DNA from: Thermoanaerobaculia bacterium
GTDB taxonomy: Bacteria; Acidobacteriota; Thermoanaerobaculia; Multivoradales; Multivoraceae
Direction of reading: 5' to 3'
Length of the DNA stretch: 64,000 nt
NCBI GenBank assembly: GCA_022826745.1
Contig: JAJDUI010000008.1
Location: forward strand, 267,283 to 331,282
A program made the position numbers and the translations under genes. Below, piece after piece: positions 60,595 to 64,000 of the stretch (within the stretch, counting starts at the first letter, position 1; each line of letters begins with the position of its first letter). The notes beneath the pieces were generated by a model, which worked only from the letters and a program-made list of their open reading frames with translations, was not told the origin of the DNA and did not search any database.

Positions 60595-63500
60595 TCAGGG
60601 CCGGAACTGCGTCGCCCGTGGCATGAGTCGGGCCGGCTGTGAGACGACCTTCCACGCCATCTCTAGCCACTCGCAGATCATCTTGCGGGTGTCGCGCGGG
60701 TCGATCATCTCTTCGATCTGGAAGCGGGACAGTGGCCCGACCGGGCCGCGGGCGCCCTCGATTCGGGCCATCAGTTCCTCCCGGAAGGCCCTCGGGTCTT
60801 CGGCTTCCGCCAACTGGCGCTTGTAGGCGGCTTCGATGCCGCCTTCGGGCGGGATGCCGCCGGTGTCGGCGGCGGGCCAGACGACTCGCATGGAGGGTTG
60901 TGCGCGCGGGGTCGCGTAGTTGTTGCCGGCGACGCCGAAGCTGCGGCGCATGATGACGGTGAAGACGGGGACGGTGGCCTGGGCGAAGGCGATCATCCAC
61001 TGGCCGCCCCAGCGGATCGTGCTGGTGATCTCGTGTTCGAGTCCGACGGCGAAGCCGGGATTGTCGACCAGGTTGAGGACCGGCAGGTGGAAGAGGTCGC
61101 AGAGGTCGAGGTGGCGGATCAGCTTGCGGCAGCCGTCGGCGGTGAGCGCGCCGCCGTTCGCGTGCTGGCTGTCCGAGGCGATGACGCCCATCGGATGGCC
61201 GTTCATGCGGATGAAGCCGGTGACCTGGTCGGTGCCCCAGAGGGGGCCGATCTCGAAGAAGGAGTCCCGGTCCGCCATCAGGCGGATGGCGCGGCGGACG
61301 TCGAAGGTCGCCGTGCGCTTGCGCGGGATCAGGCGGAACAGTTCCTCGTCGCGGCGCTCGGGCGGGTCGCTCGGGTCGGCCTCCGCCGTGGGCGGCGCTT
61401 CGAAGACGGAGGACGGCAGGTAGGAGAGGAAGCGCCGGGTGAGCGCCATCGCCTCCTGCTCGGTTTCCGCCAGGTTGTCCACCGAGCCGTTGCGGCAGTG
61501 GATGTGCCAGCCGCCGAGGTCCTCCTTGGTGATGTCGTAGCCCATCGCGGGGCGGACGACGGGCGGTCCGGCGACGAACAGTTGCGCGATGTCGCGCACC
61601 ATGACCGAGAAGTGGCCGAGCACCGCCTTGGCGGCGCCGATGCCGACGACGCTGCCGAGCAGCAGGTTGACCACCGGCACGGTGCTCAGCTGCTCGGTGT
61701 ACATCGTGCTGCCGAGGTGGCCGGGCAGGAAGGAGCCGCCCGCGCCGGCGACCCGTGGCCGTCCGGCCTTGATCGCGCCGCGGCTCTCCTTCGCCGTGCT
61801 CTCGCCCTCCTTCTGCTGTTGCGGCACCATCGCGGCGACGCTGCCGCCGCCGGACGAACCGTCGAGCAGGCGGACCGAGGGAACGCGCATCTCGACGGCC
61901 AGGAGATCGAGATGGCGGCTCTTCTGGCCGATCGCGCCATCCGCGTGGCCGCCCCGGGAAGTGAAGTCGTCGGCGCAGACGACGGCGGTGCGGCTCTCGA
62001 TTCGGCCCCATCCGCCGACGTGGTTCGCAGGCGTGAAGTCGACGATGGCGCCGCTGTCGTCGTAGGACGCGAAGCCGGCGATGCTGCCGATCTCGTGGAA
62101 GCTGCCCTCGTCCAGCAGCAGGTCGATGCGCTCCCGGCAGGTCAGCTTGCCGCGGCTGCGCTGCCGCACGACGCCGCGCTCCTGGGATCCGGGCGCCAGG
62201 CGCTTGTGCGCCAGGGCCTGCATCGTGGCCACGTCCTCGAGCATCGGCGCCCACGAGTCCTCGGCTTCGTCGGCCCGGACAGCCGCCGCGCCTTCGGCCG
62301 GTGCGATGGCCGCCACGACCTGGCCCGCCTCCACCGTGTCGCCCGGTTGCAGCGGCTGGAGGGCGGCCACCCGACCGTCGCAGGGCGACGCGACGGCGGA
62401 TTCCATCTTCATCGCGCTGACGACGAGCAGGGTCTGGCCGGCGGCGACCTCTTCGCCGTCCGTCGCGCGCACTTCGAGGACCGAGCCGGCCATAGGGCAG
62501 GCGACGGCTTGCTGGCCGGGTTCGACGGCGAGTTCCGCGGAGGCCGCCTTCGCCGCCGGCTGCGTGCCCGCGCCGCTGGCGACGGAGAGGCCCATCACGG
62601 TCGCCTGCTGCCGCAAGAGGGTCATGGCGCCGTTGGCGGTCGCGATGCCGGGGTCGGCCGAGAGCAGATCGGGATTCTCCTCCAGCAGCGTGGTCCGGGC
62701 GTCGCCGGCGCGAACGGAAGGGTGTGCGAGGATCGCCTTGAGCTGGTCGAGGTTCGTGGCGAGTCCGCCGACGTGGAACTCCGAAACCGCGCGCCGAACG
62801 CGTCCCACGGCAGCGGCGAAAGCCGTGGCGCCGGGCCCGAACGAGGAGGAACTCGTGGCCGTCACCTTGGCGAGCAGGGGGTCGAACTGGGGCGGCGGCG
62901 AGTAGCCGACGTAGCCGCAGCCGTCGACTCGCACGCCGGGGCCGGCGGGTTCCTTGTACGCGCTGAGCGTTCCGGCGCCGCGGGCGACCACGCGGGCCTG
63001 GACGGCGAAACCCCGGGGCTCTCCGACCGCCGTCTGGTCGCCGAGACCCAGGGAATCGAGGCTGGCGCCGGCGGCGAGCTGGAACTGCGCCTCCACGAGG
63101 TCGAAGCCGGTGACCTGCTCGGTCACCGTGTGTTCGACCTGGATGCGGGCGTTGCACTCGATGAAGAAGTGCTCGCCGGTCTCGGGGACGACCAGGAACT
63201 CGACCGTGCCGGCGTTGACGTAGCCGGCCGCCTCCATCAGCCTGACCGCGTCGGCGAGGAGGCGCGTGCGCAGATCGCCGTCCAGGCCGGGCGCGGGGGC
63301 CGTCTCGATCACCTTCTGGTTGCGGAGCTGCACTGAACAGTCCCGCTCGTGCAGGTGGACGGCGTTGCCGTTCGCGTCGGCGAGGACCTGGACCTCGATG
63401 TGCCGGGGACGCTCGATCAACTTCTCGACGAACACCGAGCCGTCGCCGAAGGCGGCCTCGGCCTCGCTGCGGCAGCGCTCGAAGGCCTCGGCCATCGCAT

Positions 63501-64000
63501 TCCTGGACCGCACCGTGCGCATGCCGCGGCCGCCGCCGCCGGCTGCCGCCTTCAGCATGACGGGATAGCCGAGCAGATCGCTGAGTTCGTGCGCTTCGTC
63601 CGCCGACGTGACGGGTCCGTCGCTGCCGGGAACGACCGGGATATCGAGGGAAGCCGCGAGCTGGCGGGCGCTCACCTTGTCGCCGAACAGGGAGAGGACG
63701 GCCGGCGGCGGGCCGACGAAGACGAGGCCGGCCGCCGCGCAGCGCTCGGCGAAGTCCGCGTTCTCGGCCAGGAATCCGTAGCCGGGATGGACGCAGTCGC
63801 AGCCGCTGCCGAGGGCGGCGGCGACCAGATCCCCGGCGTCGAGATAGGCGGCCACGGGATCGTCGGGGGCTCCGTTGCCGATCTGCAGCGCCACCGTCGT
63901 CAGCCGCGTGTGGAGCGACAGGGAGTCGGCGGCGGGGTAGACGCCGACCGACTCGATACCGAGGGCCTCCGCCGCCTTGGCGATGCGGATGGCGATCTCG
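60595..64000 (-). CDS. Single-polypeptide biotin-dependent acyl-CoA carboxylase (BC-BCCP-CT fusion). The 5' end lies beyond the window.
   Basis: BC: MLKAAAGGGGRGMR, ATP-grasp blocks. BCCP: SAMKME biotinyl-Lys. C-terminal half has carboxyltransferase blocks. My translation upstream of the track start continues in frame (...EIAIRIAKAAEALGIESVGVYP...) to position 64000. Confidence 0.8.
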   Translation of the reverse strand, partial: EIAIRIAKAAEALGIESVGVYPAADSLSLHTRLTTVALQIGNGAPDDPVAAYLDAGDLVAAALGSGCDCVHPGYGFLAENADFAERCAAAGLVFVGPPPAVLSLFGDKVSARQLAASLDIPVVPGSDGPVTSADEAHELSDLLGYPVMLKAAAGGGGRGMRTVRSRNAMAEAFERCRSEAEAAFGDGSVFVEKLIERPRHIEVQVLADANGNAVHLHERDCSVQLRNQKVIETAPAPGLDGDLRTRLLADAVRLMEAAGYVNAGTVEFLVVPETGEHFFIECNARIQVEHTVTEQVTGFDLVEAQFQLAAGASLDSLGLGDQTAVGEPRGFAVQARVVARGAGTLSAYKEPAGPGVRVDGCGYVGYSPPPQFDPLLAKVTATSSSSFGPGATAFAAAVGRVRRAVSEFHVGGLATNLDQLKAILAHPSVRAGDARTTLLEENPDLLSADPGIATANGAMTLLRQQATVMGLSVASGAGTQPAAKAASAELAVEPGQQAVACPMAGSVLEVRATDGEEVAAGQTLLVVSAMKMESAVASPCDGRVAALQPLQPGDTVEAGQVVAAIAPAEGAAAVRADEAEDSWAPMLEDVATMQALAHKRLAPGSQERGVVRQRSRGKLTCRERIDLLLDEGSFHEIGSIAGFASYDDSGAIVDFTPANHVGGWGRIESRTAVVCADDFTSRGGHADGAIGQKSRHLDLLAVEMRVPSVRLLDGSSGGGSVAAMVPQQQKEGESTAKESRGAIKAGRPRVAGAGGSFLPGHLGSTMYTEQLSTVPVVNLLLGSVVGIGAAKAVLGHFSVMVRDIAQLFVAGPPVVRPAMGYDITKEDLGGWHIHCRNGSVDNLAETEQEAMALTRRFLSYLPSSVFEAPPTAEADPSDPPERRDEELFRLIPRKRTATFDVRRAIRLMADRDSFFEIGPLWGTDQVTGFIRMNGHPMGVIASDSQHANGGALTADGCRKLIRHLDLCDLFHLPVLNLVDNPGFAVGLEHEITSTIRWGGQWMIAFAQATVPVFTVIMRRSFGVAGNNYATPRAQPSMRVVWPAADTGGIPPEGGIEAAYKRQLAEAEDPRAFREELMARIEGARGPVGPLSRFQIEEMIDPRDTRKMICEWLEMAWKVVSQPARLMPRATQFRP

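Overview
This window reads as a very GC-rich, tightly packed bacterial chromosomal segment of about 50 protein-coding genes. GC content was judged by eye, not computed. Many neighbouring genes overlap by 1-8 bp (ATGA/GTGA start-stop overlaps, CTAG convergent stops). I see no rRNA, tRNA, CRISPR array or transposase.

The long Arg/Pro/Gly-rich ORFs in the six-frame track are antisense 'mirror' artefacts of high-GC coding DNA and were discarded. The track writes GTG and TTG starts as M, so I re-derived several starts.

Gene content from start to end:
- LLM-class flavin oxidoreductase (3' end runs off the window) and pdxH.
- A benzoyl-CoA epoxide pathway operon, boxC-boxB, followed 4 bp later by an ERG4/ERG24-like membrane reductase instead of a BoxA-type reductase.
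- A PotA-type ABC importer with two tandem paralogous lipoprotein SBPs, two permeases and a co-operonic PLP threonine/serine dehydratase-family enzyme.
- A lower-GC defence islet: Type III-like res, then a giant 1119-aa beta-class mod carrying an in-frame G17/C17 homopolymer, next to a HigB-like toxin and an XRE-HTH/ImmA-IrrE metallopeptidase partner with a perfect AT-rich palindrome upstream.
- An MFS transporter, a lipobox-bearing Pcm, and cytochrome c peroxidase plus an unknown secreted partner.
- A HAD hydrolase and a SAM methyltransferase.
- A MamK-family actin-like ATPase co-operonic with an Amidase_3 cell-wall amidase.
- An OMF-MFP-RND efflux operon ending in a secreted D-aminoacylase-family amidohydrolase.
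- Enoyl-CoA hydratase, galK, a GyrI-like protein, a GH20-like hydrolase, a VOC protein, recD2, actP plus DUF4212, an LpxL-family acyltransferase overlapping a Cys-type sulfatase, coaA, a peroxiredoxin, a FecBCD-type ABC importer, maoC, ltaE, ppx, a haloacid dehalogenase and a secreted CbiX-like chelatase.
- A second lower-GC islet: McrBC, whose McrB has an EVE/PUA-like N-terminal module, bordered by a ~170-bp element with 30-bp terminal inverted repeats.
- The 3' ~3.4 kb of a single-chain BC-BCCP-CT biotin carboxylase that runs off the window end.

The best candidates for something new are the MamK-like/amidase operon, the boxCB-plus-membrane-reductase arrangement, the oversized Type III-like R-M with its homopolymer switch, and the IR-flanked element beside McrBC.
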